Assembly (NCBI GenBank): GCA_964371055.1
Contig: CAYJLF010000002.1
Coordinates: 202,453-266,452 of the forward strand
DNA: 64,000 bases
From: an uncultured bacterium
Lineage (GTDB): Bacteria; Eisenbacteria; RBG-16-71-46; CAIMUX01
Reading direction: 5' to 3'
Within the stretch, counting starts at the first letter, position 1. The number at the start of each line of letters is the position of its first letter. Below, in pieces: positions 28,858 to 39,415 of this stretch. The position numbers and the translations under genes were made by a program. The notes beneath the pieces are model-generated. The model did no database searches. It had not been told where the DNA came from and worked only from the letters and a program-made list of their open reading frames with translations.

Positions 28858-29586
28858 TCAGTGCGCTCCGGCGCCCGTTCTCTCCGCGCGACGCCGGAGC
28901 CGCAGGTTCAGCATCTCCACGAAGACCGAGAACGCCATCGCGAAGTAGACGTACCCCTTCGGGATATGGTGGTGCAACCCGTCGGCCACGAGCATCACGC
29001 CGATCAGGAGCAGGAAGCTCAGCGCCAGCATCTTGATCGTCGGGTGCCGGTCGACGAAGTGGCTGATCGATCCCGACGACAGCATCATCACCGCGATGGC
29101 GATCACGATCGCGGCGATCATCACCGGCACGCGATTGGTCATGCCGACGGCCGTGATGACCGAGTCGAGCGAGAAGACGATGTCGAGCAGGGCGATCGTC
29201 ACGATCACGCCCGCGAACGAGCTCGCCCGCCGTGGCGCGTGGTGCTCCTCGCCGCCCTCGAGCTTGTCGTGGATTTCGTGCGTGCTCTTGGCCAGCAGGA
29301 AGAGACCACCGGCGATGAGGATGAGGTCGCGGCCCGAGAACTCGTGACCGAAGAGGCCGAAGAACGGCTCGGTCAGGCGCATGATCCACGTGATGGAGAG
29401 CAACAGCAGGATTCGGGTGATCATGGCGAGCGCCAGGCCGAAGACGCGCGCGCGCCCCTGCTGGCCGACGGGGAGCTTGGAGGCCAGGATCGAGATGAAG
29501 ATGATGTTGTCGATCCCGAGCACCACCTCCATGGCCGTGAGGGTGATGAGCGCGAGCCAGATCTGGGGGTCGGTGATCCAGTGCAT
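28858..29586 (-). CDS. TerC family integral membrane protein
   Basis: ATG 29586 after GGGAGG. Sequence MHWITDPQIWLALITLTAMEVVLGIDNIIFISIL... is typical of TerC/Alx. Confidence 0.75.
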   Translation of the reverse strand: MHWITDPQIWLALITLTAMEVVLGIDNIIFISILASKLPVGQQGRARVFGLALAMITRILLLLSITWIMRLTEPFFGLFGHEFSGRDLILIAGGLFLLAKSTHEIHDKLEGGEEHHAPRRASSFAGVIVTIALLDIVFSLDSVITAVGMTNRVPVMIAAIVIAIAVMMLSSGSISHFVDRHPTIKMLALSFLLLIGVMLVADGLHHHIPKGYVYFAMAFSVFVEMLNLRLRRRAERTGAGAH

Positions 29587-29689
29587 AGCGAGGGCCTCCC
29601 GTCGGTTTAGGGGGCCCATTGTGCCGGGGAGGGCGCCGAAGCGCAACGTGCGCCGGGGGCGGCCGGACCGATCCGCGAAAGGCTGTGCC

Positions 29690-32600
29690 CTACCGCGCCG
29701 GCAAGGCCGGCGGGGGCGGAGCCGAGGTTCCGGCGGCGGAAGCGGTGGTGGAAGCGGGGGTGTCACCCGGCACCCAGGCACGAGGCCGCCGCCACGGCAG
29801 CGGACCTTGTCCCCGCGCCCACGCGATGACGACCCGCCCGTGCAGGGCCGCGTCCTCGGCCAGGACATAGAACGTGGGGAGCACGACCAGAGTCAGGGCG
29901 GTCCCGGCCAGCAGGCCCCCCAGGATCGCGCGCGCCATCGGCGAGTACTTGGCGTCGCCGACGCTGCTGTCGCCCACCGCCATCGGGATGAGTCCCAAGG
30001 CCGTGGTGGCGGCCGTCATGAGGATCGGCCGGAAGCGGTCGTTCCCCCCGGCGAGGATCGCCTCGCCGCGGTTCATCCCCTCCCGTCGCAGCCGGTTGAC
30101 CCGGTCGATCAGGACGATGCCGTTGTTCACGATCACGCCGATCAGCACCACGATGCCGATCATCGCCATGATGTTGAACGGCGTGTGGGTGAGGAGCAGG
30201 GTCCAGACCACCCCCAAGGCGGCGAACGGGATGCAGAGCATGATCACCAGAGGGTGCAGGAATGACTCGAAAAGCGCCGCCATCACGAAGTAGACGCAGC
30301 AGATGGCGAGGAGAATGTCGAGCCCCATGGCGTTCTGCTCCTGCTGCGAGCGTTGCATCTCCCTCCCGAACGACCAGCTGTATCCCGCGGGGAAGTCGAA
30401 CCCGTCCATCATCCGACGGACGTCGTCGGTCAGGGCCTTGAACTCCTTCCCCTCGTAGCTGCCGGTGATGGTGCGGGCGGTCTTCTGGCGTTCCCGGTAG
30501 ATCTGTCCCGCGCTGCGTCCCATCTCGAAGCGGGCGACCTGGTCGAGGCGCACCGGCCGTTCATCGACCATCGTGACCGGCAGCGCCGCGAGATTCTCGA
30601 TCGTCCGCCGCTGGGTCGGCTCGAGCTGGATCCCCATCTCGACCTCGCGCTCCTTCGTTTCGAAGTCGCGCAGGGGCACGCCGCGGAAGGTCAGGCCGAG
30701 GACCTGCGCCAGGCTGCCGGGAGTGAGGCCGAGCGCCGCCGCCCGGTCGCGGTCGAGCAGCACCTGGATCTCCTCGCTCGAGCGGTCGCGCCCTGTGTTC
30801 ACGTCTTCCAGCCCCGGGAGGAGGCGCAGGCGGCGCTGCACCTCCTGGGCGTAGCTCTCGAGCAGCTGGCTGTCGTCGCCGAAAAGCGTGACGGAAAGCT
30901 TCTGGGCCCCTCGCCCCACTTCCTCGTCATCCCCGAGACGATACTCCACGCCCGCCTGCACCGGCAGATGATCGCGGAGCCAGCCACGCAGCTTCTTCAT
31001 CTCCCCCTCGCCGAGGCGCGCGTCGCGGTCGAAGTAGAGCCGGATGGTGGCGGCGTTGTCTTCGTAGACGCTGTAGACCGACTCGACGTGCAGGGAGTCC
31101 CGGCGCGCGAGGAGGAACTGCTCCACCGGCAGCACGAATTCCTCGACGCGGTAGATGTTGGCGTTGTCCTTCAGGTCGAAGCCGATCCGGAGGAACTCGA
31201 GCTTCATCCCGCGCTCCGAGTCGGCCTCGGGGCCGAAGTCGGCCACCTTGGCGACCAGCACCGTGAGAAGCACCACTCCGGGGAGCAGCAAAAGGCCGGT
31301 CCGGCGCGGGTGGCGCAACGCGGTCCAGCGCAGCAGGTGCACATAGCGGGCGCGCGCCCGTTGCAGGAATCCGAACTCCGGCGCGGCACCCCGGTCGCGG
31401 GAGCGGGCCGCCATCAGGGGGACGAGCGTCAGGCAGACCAGAAGGGAGAAGATCATGGTGATCGACAGCGTCAATCCGACTTCGGACATGAAGCTGGTGA
31501 ACATGTTCCCCTTGGAGAGGACGACCGGCGCGAAGACGATGACCGTGGTCAGAGTCGAGGCCGTGACCGCCATCGCCACCTCGGATGTGCCGGCGCGCGC
31601 CGCCTCCCACGGACCCTCGCCGTTCTGGCGGCGATGGATCGACTCCAGCACGACGATCGCATTGTCGACCAGCATCCCGACGGCCAGCATCAACCCCATC
31701 ATGGTCAGCACGTTGAGCGATCGCCCGGTCAGATAGAGGAAAGAACAGGTGGTGATGACGCTGAAGGGAATGGCCACGGAGATGATGAGCGTCGTCCGGA
31801 GACGCCGCAGGAAGAGGAAGAGCACACCGATCGCCAGCAGCGAGCCGAAGAGCCCCGCGCCGAGGAGCCCTTTCAGCGAACCCGTGATCTGGTCGGCCTG
31901 GTCGAAGAAGAGGACAACGTCGATTCCCTCCAGGGCCGGATCGCTTTTGATTTCATCGAGCACTGCGTGGACCCGCCGCGAGACCTCGACGATGTTGGCG
32001 CCGGAAGCCTTCTGAATGGAGAAGGCCACGGCCGGCTCGCCGTTCAGATGGCGCCGGTAGGCGGGGGCCGGCTCGCCGTAGATCACCTCCGCGACATCCT
32101 TCAGGCGCACGCCGGCGTCGTTGACCCGGAGATCGCTGATCTCCGCCAGATCGCGGAACTGTCCCAGGCTGCGCACCACCACTTTGCGGCGTCCGTCCCG
32201 CACCATCCCGGCCGAGAGATCGACGTTGTTGGCGTTCAGTTCGCGGAAGAGGCGGTCGACATCGACCTGGTGCTGGATGATCTTGTCGAGCCAGAGATAG
32301 ATCGACACCTGTTGCGGCAGGATCCCGTCGACCTGGACGCGGCCCACCCCGTCGATCCTCCGCAGCGGGTTGATCACCCGCCGCTCGAGCAGGTCGTAGG
32401 AGCCGGCGAGGTCGCGCCCGCGGGCGCTGATCCGTCCTTCGAGGATCGGGATGTCATTGGAGTTGAAGCTGAAAAGATAGAAGTCGCGGAGGTCGCGCGG
32501 CAGCACCGGACGGACCTGGTCCATTTTCTCTTTCACTTCCATCCGGAGCGCGTCGACGCTGCGGCCGAACTGGAAGGTGACCCCGACGAAGCAGTACTGG

Positions 32601-32857
32601 TCGTTCGACTCGGAGAAGATGTAGTCGACATCCCCGAGGGTGGCCATCATCTCCTCGATCGGTCGCGCAATCTCCCGCTCCACCTGGTCGGGGACAGCAT
32701 TCGGGTAGGGGACGTAGACGCCGATGAACGGGAAGTCCATCTGCGGAAGGAAGTCGAGCTTGAGCCGGGAGACGCTGACGGCGCCGAGGACCAGAAGAGC
32801 CGCGGTCAGCACGAGGACCGTGACCGGCTTCTGCAGCGAATGATCGGAGAGACTCAT
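29690..32857 (-). CDS. RND family efflux permease (HAE1/AcrB-MdtC-like), distal copy
   Basis: 1055 aa with 12 TM segments and two large periplasmic loops. N-terminus MSLSDHSLQKPVTVLVLTAALLVLG. Confidence 0.85.
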   Translation of the reverse strand: MSLSDHSLQKPVTVLVLTAALLVLGAVSVSRLKLDFLPQMDFPFIGVYVPYPNAVPDQVEREIARPIEEMMATLGDVDYIFSESNDQYCFVGVTFQFGRSVDALRMEVKEKMDQVRPVLPRDLRDFYLFSFNSNDIPILEGRISARGRDLAGSYDLLERRVINPLRRIDGVGRVQVDGILPQQVSIYLWLDKIIQHQVDVDRLFRELNANNVDLSAGMVRDGRRKVVVRSLGQFRDLAEISDLRVNDAGVRLKDVAEVIYGEPAPAYRRHLNGEPAVAFSIQKASGANIVEVSRRVHAVLDEIKSDPALEGIDVVLFFDQADQITGSLKGLLGAGLFGSLLAIGVLFLFLRRLRTTLIISVAIPFSVITTCSFLYLTGRSLNVLTMMGLMLAVGMLVDNAIVVLESIHRRQNGEGPWEAARAGTSEVAMAVTASTLTTVIVFAPVVLSKGNMFTSFMSEVGLTLSITMIFSLLVCLTLVPLMAARSRDRGAAPEFGFLQRARARYVHLLRWTALRHPRRTGLLLLPGVVLLTVLVAKVADFGPEADSERGMKLEFLRIGFDLKDNANIYRVEEFVLPVEQFLLARRDSLHVESVYSVYEDNAATIRLYFDRDARLGEGEMKKLRGWLRDHLPVQAGVEYRLGDDEEVGRGAQKLSVTLFGDDSQLLESYAQEVQRRLRLLPGLEDVNTGRDRSSEEIQVLLDRDRAAALGLTPGSLAQVLGLTFRGVPLRDFETKEREVEMGIQLEPTQRRTIENLAALPVTMVDERPVRLDQVARFEMGRSAGQIYRERQKTARTITGSYEGKEFKALTDDVRRMMDGFDFPAGYSWSFGREMQRSQQEQNAMGLDILLAICCVYFVMAALFESFLHPLVIMLCIPFAALGVVWTLLLTHTPFNIMAMIGIVVLIGVIVNNGIVLIDRVNRLRREGMNRGEAILAGGNDRFRPILMTAATTALGLIPMAVGDSSVGDAKYSPMARAILGGLLAGTALTLVVLPTFYVLAEDAALHGRVVIAWARGQGPLPWRRPRAWVPGDTPASTTASAAGTSAPPPPALPAR

Positions 32858-32867
32858 GATCCGGCCT

Positions 32868-35800
32868 TCAAGATTTCCGGTCGAGCGACACGTAGAGGAC
32901 CGGAATGACGACCAGGGTGAGAAGCGTCGCGAGGGAGAGTCCCCCGATGACCGCGATCGCCATCGGAGAGCGGATCTCGGCCCCCTCTCCCAGCCCCAGC
33001 GCCATCGGCAGCAGTCCCAGCACCGTGGTCGCCGTGGTCATGAAGATCGGCCGCAGGCGGACGGAAGCGGCCTCGATCACCGCCGCGTGCTTCGCCAATC
33101 CTTCCTTCCGCCGCTGGTTGATGAAATCGACCAGCACGATCGCGTTGTTGACCACGATGCCGGCGAGGAGAATCACGCCGATCAGGACTACGACGCTGAT
33201 GGCGGTGCCGGTGGCGGCCAGAGCCAGGATGACCCCGACCATCCCGAGCGGAACCGCGAGGAGGATGACCAGGGGATGGAGGAACGACTCGAACTGGCTG
33301 GCCATGACCAGGTAGACCATGAAGATAGCCAAGAGCGCCGCCAGGAGGAGGCTGCGGAAGGAGACGGCGATCTCCTCATTCTGCCCGCCGAGCGTGGCCA
33401 GGAGCTGAGGAGGAGGCGGATTGCGCCGGATGAGCTCCTCGACCTCGCCGATCGCCCCGCCGAGATCGCGACCGGATAGATCGGCGCGGATGATCGCCAC
33501 ACGCTGCTGCCCCTGGCGGGTGATCTGCGCCGGTCCCCGTCCCAGCGCGACGTCGGCCACCGACGACAACGGCACGGGGATCCCGTCCCGCTCGGTCACG
33601 ACGAGGTTGGCGACCTGTCCCACCTCCATCGTGCGCGCCTGCGCGGTGCGGACGAGGATGTCGAGCTGGCGGTCCCGTTCCTTCAGCTTGGTCGCGACCT
33701 CGCCGTGGATCTTGTTGCGCAGGGTGCGGGCGACCGTCTCCAGGTCCAGGTCGAGCGACGCCATCCGATCCCGGCGGAACGAGATCTGGACCTCGGGACT
33801 GCCGGCCTCGAGGCTGGTGCGCAGGTCGCGGAGGCCGCGCATGCCTTTCATCTCGTCCATCAGGCGGCCGGAATAAGCGGCCAGCTCGTCCAGGTCGTGG
33901 CCGAAGACGAGCACCTCCACCGGGGTCTGGAAGCTGAAGAAGGTCGGCCTCCGGAACGTGTAGCGGATGTCGGTGGAAGTGCTGAGGACGCCGCGGACGG
34001 TCTCGATCAGGGCGGCTTCCTGGCGGGCATCGCCGGGATCGCGAAGGACGAAGTTGAGGCTCGCCACGTCCTCCCGCTTGTCGGTGCGTGCGCTCCCCGC
34101 CTCGGGGCTCTCGCCCACCGTGGCGTGGAAGAGCCGGAGTCGGGAGTCGCCCTGCAACCGTCCCTCGAGCTCGCGCACGCGAGCCTCGGTCGTGCCGAGC
34201 GGAGTCCCCGGAGGAAACTCGAGGTCGAAGGCGAACTCACCCTGGGAGAACTGAGGGACCAGCTCGACGCCGAGCCCGGGCACCAGGGCGACCGAGAGGG
34301 CGAAGAGCCCCAGCGTCCCCACCAGCACCCGCCGGGGGCGTTGCAGGGCGGCGCTGAGCCAACGTGGGTAGTTTCGGGCGAGCGCGATCCAGCTTCGATC
34401 GAAGAGTGACTGGAGTGGACGGAAGAGCACGCTGAGGCCGATGGAGAGCCCGCGGCCGGCGAGAAGCGCGAGGCGCCAGAGCCCACCCGGGAGGAGGACC
34501 GTGGCGAGGCGACCCAGCCAGCGGAGTGGAAAGAGAAGGCCGCGCGCCACGAGCCGGCCGGTCCGTGCGAACCCCGCCAGGCGAGCGTGCCGCCGACCTC
34601 CCTCGCCCGCGGAATCAGGTCCGATGCGCCCGTCCGCATGGCCGGCGTCCGGGACCGCCGAACTCGCCGCGGGGTGGCCGTCGATGGCGGCGGCCCGTTC
34701 CGCCTCGAGCGCATCGAGGAAGCCGTGGCCGCGCCGCGCGCCCGCACTGCACATCACCGGGATCAGGGTCAGGGCGGCGAGCAGCGAGACGAGCAGCGAG
34801 GCGGTCACGGTCAGCGCCTGGTCCCGGAAAATCTGCCCGGCGATTCCCTCGACGAAGACGATCGGAACGAAGACGGCGACGGTGGTCAGGGTGGAGGCGG
34901 TCACCGCCCGGCCGACCTCGACCGTGCCGTTGCGCGTGGCATCCCAGAGGCCGGCCCCCGCCGCGCGGTGGCGGTTGATCGATTCGAGCACGACGATGGC
35001 GTTGTCGACCAGCATGCCGACTCCCAGCGCCAGCCCGCCGAGCGACATGATGTTCAAGGTGACTCCCAATCGCTGCATGATGACGAAGGTCGCCACGATC
35101 GAGAGGGGGATCGCCAGACCGATGATGAAGGTGCTGCGCCGGTCGCGCAGAAAGAGGTAGAGGACGAAGATCGCGAGGACTCCTCCGATCAGGGCGTTGG
35201 ACCGGACCTCCTTCACCGCGTTCTCGATGAAGAGCGATTGGTCGGAGATGACCTCGGCTCGCACCCCTTCCGGGAGGGAAGATCGGAGCTGTCCGAGCCG
35301 CTTCTTCACCTGGCGGGCCACCTTGACCGTGTTGGCGTCCCCCTCCTTGTAGACGGCAATCTCGACCGCCTCGGCGCCGCGCACGCGGGAGATGACTTCG
35401 CGCTCCCGGTAGCCTCGCGTGATCCGGGCCACATCGGCGAGCGTGACCTTGCGCCCCGCTTCCTCGAAGAGGACAGTGCGGCCGATGTCTTCGACGCCTT
35501 GGAACTCGTTCAGAGTGCGGATCAGGAACTCCGCCTCCCGATCGCGCAGGCTGCCGCCCGAAGCGTTGATGTTGTGGCTGTCCAGGACCTGGGTGACGCG
35601 CGCGATCGGCAGGCCGAGGAGGGCGAGCTTCCCTTCATCGACGTCGACCTGGATCTCCTCCTCCAACCCTCCGCGCACGCGCGCCGAGGCGATGCCGTCC
35701 AGGGACTCCAGATCCTTCTTCAGCAGATGGTCGCCGAGATAGCGCAACGTCACCGGATCCCGGTCGCCGGAGAGGCCGATGCGCAGGATCGGATCGAGGT

Positions 35801-36194
35801 TGGGGTCGTACCGCAAGAGGACCGGCTCGCGCGAGTCTTCCGGCAGGTCCACGAGATCGATCTTCTCCCGGACGTCGAGGGCCGCGTAGTCCATGTCGGT
35901 GTCCCACGCGAACTCGAGCGTGATCTCCGAGGAGCCGGATCGGGAGACCGAGCGAAGATTGCGCAAGCCCCGCACGACGGCCACGGCCTCTTCCACCGGC
36001 TCGGTTACGAGATTCTCGACCTCAGCCGGCGCCGCGTCCGGGTACTCGGTCCGGATCGTGAGCGACGGATAGGAGATATCGGGGAGGAGGTTCCACGGCA
36101 GGCGCGAGAGCGAGACCAGACCGAAGAGGACGACCGCCAGCGTCACCATCGTCACGGTGACGGGCCGTTCCATGGAACCCTGGATCAGCTTCAC
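32868..36194 (-). CDS. RND family efflux permease (HAE1/AcrB-MdtB-like), proximal copy with an extended TM6-TM7 region
   Basis: 1108 aa. N-terminus MKLIQGSMERPVTVTMVTLAVVLFG. 4-nt overlap with the MFP gene stop. Confidence 0.85.
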   Translation of the reverse strand: MKLIQGSMERPVTVTMVTLAVVLFGLVSLSRLPWNLLPDISYPSLTIRTEYPDAAPAEVENLVTEPVEEAVAVVRGLRNLRSVSRSGSSEITLEFAWDTDMDYAALDVREKIDLVDLPEDSREPVLLRYDPNLDPILRIGLSGDRDPVTLRYLGDHLLKKDLESLDGIASARVRGGLEEEIQVDVDEGKLALLGLPIARVTQVLDSHNINASGGSLRDREAEFLIRTLNEFQGVEDIGRTVLFEEAGRKVTLADVARITRGYREREVISRVRGAEAVEIAVYKEGDANTVKVARQVKKRLGQLRSSLPEGVRAEVISDQSLFIENAVKEVRSNALIGGVLAIFVLYLFLRDRRSTFIIGLAIPLSIVATFVIMQRLGVTLNIMSLGGLALGVGMLVDNAIVVLESINRHRAAGAGLWDATRNGTVEVGRAVTASTLTTVAVFVPIVFVEGIAGQIFRDQALTVTASLLVSLLAALTLIPVMCSAGARRGHGFLDALEAERAAAIDGHPAASSAVPDAGHADGRIGPDSAGEGGRRHARLAGFARTGRLVARGLLFPLRWLGRLATVLLPGGLWRLALLAGRGLSIGLSVLFRPLQSLFDRSWIALARNYPRWLSAALQRPRRVLVGTLGLFALSVALVPGLGVELVPQFSQGEFAFDLEFPPGTPLGTTEARVRELEGRLQGDSRLRLFHATVGESPEAGSARTDKREDVASLNFVLRDPGDARQEAALIETVRGVLSTSTDIRYTFRRPTFFSFQTPVEVLVFGHDLDELAAYSGRLMDEMKGMRGLRDLRTSLEAGSPEVQISFRRDRMASLDLDLETVARTLRNKIHGEVATKLKERDRQLDILVRTAQARTMEVGQVANLVVTERDGIPVPLSSVADVALGRGPAQITRQGQQRVAIIRADLSGRDLGGAIGEVEELIRRNPPPPQLLATLGGQNEEIAVSFRSLLLAALLAIFMVYLVMASQFESFLHPLVILLAVPLGMVGVILALAATGTAISVVVLIGVILLAGIVVNNAIVLVDFINQRRKEGLAKHAAVIEAASVRLRPIFMTTATTVLGLLPMALGLGEGAEIRSPMAIAVIGGLSLATLLTLVVIPVLYVSLDRKS

Positions 36195-37348
36195 GGCCGC
36201 TCCGCCGCGACATCGCGGTCGGTCGAGGTGGTGTCCTTCTCCGCGGTCGAGGCGGACGCCGCGGTGGAGTCACCTGGCGCCGCGGCCAGGAGGTCGCGGA
36301 CTTTGGCTCCCGACTTCAGGCCCCCCTGGCCGACTTCCACGACCCGGTCGCCCGGCTCCAGGCCGGCAACGATCTCGACCAACCGGTCGTCGGTGATCCC
36401 GGTCGTGACCGCGACCTTGATCACGCTGTCGGCGACTGCCTTGTAGACGTACGTTTCGCCCCCCTCCGGGATCAAGGCCCGCTTGGGGATGACCCGCGCC
36501 TCCTCGCGCAATCCCGTCTGCAGCTTCACCTCGACGAAGGATCCGGGACGCAGGCTGGCCGCGTGCACGTTCTCGGAGGTCAATCCGTCGATGCGGCAGC
36601 TGACTCGCACCGTGCCGGTCCTCTCGTCGACCACGGGCGCGATGCGAAGGATCGTCCCCTCGCGCTCCTCGGCGTCTCCGGCGTCGGGACGCACGCGCAC
36701 GGCACGTCCGGGGGCCAGCGAGTGGACCTCGCGCTCGGGGAGGTAGATGTGTGCGAGGAGGGGATCCGGGTCGACGACCTTGAAGAGCGCCGTTCCGACC
36801 GCCACGGTCTGACCCGGATCGACATGACGCCGGGCCACGAGCCCGGCGAACGGCGCCGTGATCCGCGTGTAGTCGAGGTTCAGCGTCGCCGATTTGCGGC
36901 GTGCTTCGGCCTGCTCGAATCGCGATCGGGCATCGGACAGGTCCTTGTCGCTGGCGAGCCCTTTTTCGTGCAGCGCCGTCGCCCGCTCGAGATCGGACTG
37001 CAGCGCACGCGCCGCCGCCTCTGCCTCCTCGAGCGCGACCCGCTGGGCATCACCGTCGAGCAGGGCGAGGACCTGGCCCTGGCTCACCCAGGCCCCCTCC
37101 TCGACCCGGGTCTCGCGGACCTGGCCGGCGATCTTGGCCAGGACCTCGGCCTGTTTGTCGGCCTCCAGTGTGGCGGTCGTGCTGAGGTAGCCGGGAAGAT
37201 CGCGAATCTCAACCGAGGCCAGCTCGACCGGCACCGGGGGCGCTTCCTTCTTCTCCTGCTTCTGCTTGCCGAACGCGCCGGCGAAGGAATTGCCTTCCTT
37301 GCACCCGCTCGGGAGCAGCAGAAGAGCGACCATCGCGATCCGGAGCAA
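36191..37348 (-). CDS. RND efflux membrane-fusion (periplasmic adaptor) lipoprotein
   Basis: HlyD/AcrA-like coiled-coil and beta-barrel regions. A TTG at 37348 gives the lipoprotein signal MLRIAMVALLLLPSGC. An in-frame ATG at 37333, and the ORF track's ATG at 37429, are alternative starts. Confidence 0.75.
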   Translation of the reverse strand: MLRIAMVALLLLPSGCKEGNSFAGAFGKQKQEKKEAPPVPVELASVEIRDLPGYLSTTATLEADKQAEVLAKIAGQVRETRVEEGAWVSQGQVLALLDGDAQRVALEEAEAAARALQSDLERATALHEKGLASDKDLSDARSRFEQAEARRKSATLNLDYTRITAPFAGLVARRHVDPGQTVAVGTALFKVVDPDPLLAHIYLPEREVHSLAPGRAVRVRPDAGDAEEREGTILRIAPVVDERTGTVRVSCRIDGLTSENVHAASLRPGSFVEVKLQTGLREEARVIPKRALIPEGGETYVYKAVADSVIKVAVTTGITDDRLVEIVAGLEPGDRVVEVGQGGLKSGAKVRDLLAAAPGDSTAASASTAEKDTTSTDRDVAAERP

Positions 37349-37644
37349 GGCCCCGGCTCGGGCGCCCGCGGGGTGGCGCCGAGACGTGGATGATGGTCGC
37401 GGATCGATCCCGCGCGGGGCCGACGGCATGGATCAACCTCCCTTTTCGGACGCTGGGGTGCGCGAAGCGGCAGCGGACCGGAATACGCACCCGCCCGGGC
37501 CGTAGTTGCATGTCCGGTGGCCAGCGATCGTATCCCGGAGCGGCACCCGGCCCGATCGCTGATTTGCGCCACCGCGCCGGGGCCGGCCGGGTTAGACTCC
37601 CGCTGTCGCGTTTCGTCACCGGTCGCTTGATCCGGAGGTTCACG

Positions 37645-39381
37645 ATGAAATCGTTCCTGAAGACCCTCCTGGCGGTCGTGATCGCCAATCTCCTCCTTCT
37701 TTTAATCGTTATTGGCGTAATCGCCAACCGCGTGAAGCAGCCCGTCGAGGTCAAGGAGGGGTCGGTTCTGGTCCAGACTCTCGAGGGGGATCTCCCCGAA
37801 TGGGAGATGTCCGGCGGGATGCCGTTTCCCGGCGGCGGCGCCATGACCCACGCCGCGGTGCTCGAGAACCTGGAGAAGGCGCGTCACGACAAGAAGATCA
37901 AGGCGGTCCTCCTCCGGTTGAACGAGCCTGTCATCGGCATGGGCAAGAGCGACGAACTGCGCGCCCGGATCCGCGCGCTGCGGGAGGCGGGAAAGCCGGT
38001 CTGGGCCTACACCGATTTCCTGAGCCGTCGCAGCCTCTATCTCGGGTCGGCCTGCGACTCCCTCTTCATGCTCCCGACCGGCTACGCGATGCTCCATGGC
38101 GTGGCCGCGGAGCGGATGTTCCTCGCCGGGACGCTGGAAAAGCTGGGGATCCGTGAGAACCTCCATCGCATCGAGGGCTACAAGGCGGCCGCGGAGATGC
38201 TGCAGCGTCGCGACATGAGCCCGACCTCGCGCGCGAACCTCGAGTGGATCCTGGACGAGACCTACCCGGCCTATCTCCGCACGGTGGAGGAGGGGAGGCG
38301 GCTCGCGGCCGGCAGCTTCGAGCCGATGGTGCTGGCCCAGGGCAGCGTCAGCCCGCAGCAGGCTCGCGAGGCTGGGCTGGTCGACCGGCTCCTCTACTGG
38401 GATGAGGTCGAGGCGGCGCTCCTGCGCGTGCCCGGCGTGAAGACGCAGGAGAAGAAGAAGATCGACAAGCGATCGGCCGAACGGCCCCGTCTCATCCAAG
38501 GCGGGGAGTACGCGCGGGTGGAGCGCAAGGAGGCCGGGATCAAGGGGAAGAAGACGATCGCGATTGTGCACGCGTCCGGCAGCATCGCGGGAGAACAGAG
38601 CGGCTTCAGCCTGCTGGGCGACGCCATGGGCTCGGCTTCGATGGAGGAGGCGTTCCGGCAGGCGGCCCAGGACAAGGACGCCGTCGGCATCCTCTACCGC
38701 GTCGACAGCGGCGGGGGCGAGAGCCACACCTCCTGGCGGATCCAGCGCGCCGCGCTGCGGGCGCAGGAGGTCAAGCCGATTGTCGTCTCGATGGTCGACG
38801 TGGCCGGTTCCGGCGGCTATCTCATCTGCTACCCGCTCAAGCCGATCTACGCCGGGCCGCTCAGCATCGTCGGATCGATCGGTTCCATCTCCGGGAAGAT
38901 GAACATGAAGGGGCTCTACGACAAGCTGGGCGTGACCAAGGATGTCGTGACCCGCGGTCCCTTTGCGACGATGCAGTCCGACTATGCTGACTACACCGCC
39001 GCGGAGTGGGAAGTCTTCCGCCGCCAGCACTGGTCCGACTACAACGAGTGGGTGGACGACATCGCCCGCGCGCGCGGCCGCACCTTCGCCGAGATCGACA
39101 GCGTCGGGCGCGGCCGGGTCTGGACCGGCGCGCAGGCGCTGCAGAAGGGGCTGATCGACGAGGTGGGCACTTTCGACGATGCGCTCGCGGCGCTCAAGGA
39201 GAAGGTGGGCATCCCCGCGACGGAGGAGGTGGCCTTCGTCCACTACCCGAAGAAGAAGGGTGCGCTCGAGGCCTTGAAGAGTGGCGGCCTGGCCGCGGCC
39301 ATCGTGGCGATGGTCGACTCCTGGGTCGCACCGCTGCGCTCGCGAGCGGTCTGGGCGATCGATCCGAACGACTACCGGTAG
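37645..39381 (+). CDS. sppA: Signal peptide peptidase SppA (protease IV, 67K type with tandem S49 domains)
   Basis: GGAGG RBS. N-terminal TM anchor MKSFLKTLLAVVIANLLLLLIVIGVIA. Two S49 ClpP-fold repeats. Confidence 0.85.
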   Translation: MKSFLKTLLAVVIANLLLLLIVIGVIANRVKQPVEVKEGSVLVQTLEGDLPEWEMSGGMPFPGGGAMTHAAVLENLEKARHDKKIKAVLLRLNEPVIGMGKSDELRARIRALREAGKPVWAYTDFLSRRSLYLGSACDSLFMLPTGYAMLHGVAAERMFLAGTLEKLGIRENLHRIEGYKAAAEMLQRRDMSPTSRANLEWILDETYPAYLRTVEEGRRLAAGSFEPMVLAQGSVSPQQAREAGLVDRLLYWDEVEAALLRVPGVKTQEKKKIDKRSAERPRLIQGGEYARVERKEAGIKGKKTIAIVHASGSIAGEQSGFSLLGDAMGSASMEEAFRQAAQDKDAVGILYRVDSGGGESHTSWRIQRAALRAQEVKPIVVSMVDVAGSGGYLICYPLKPIYAGPLSIVGSIGSISGKMNMKGLYDKLGVTKDVVTRGPFATMQSDYADYTAAEWEVFRRQHWSDYNEWVDDIARARGRTFAEIDSVGRGRVWTGAQALQKGLIDEVGTFDDALAALKEKVGIPATEEVAFVHYPKKKGALEALKSGGLAAAIVAMVDSWVAPLRSRAVWAIDPNDYR

Positions 39382-39415
39382 GGGAGAGGCGGCATGCGAG
39401 CGGAGGTCCGGTCCC

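Noticed and set aside
37349-37644. 296-nt divergent region between the RND operon and sppA, searched for a TetR-type operator or small regulator gene.
   Set aside because: No convincing palindrome and no small HTH-encoding ORF was found. Regulation cannot be inferred from sequence alone.
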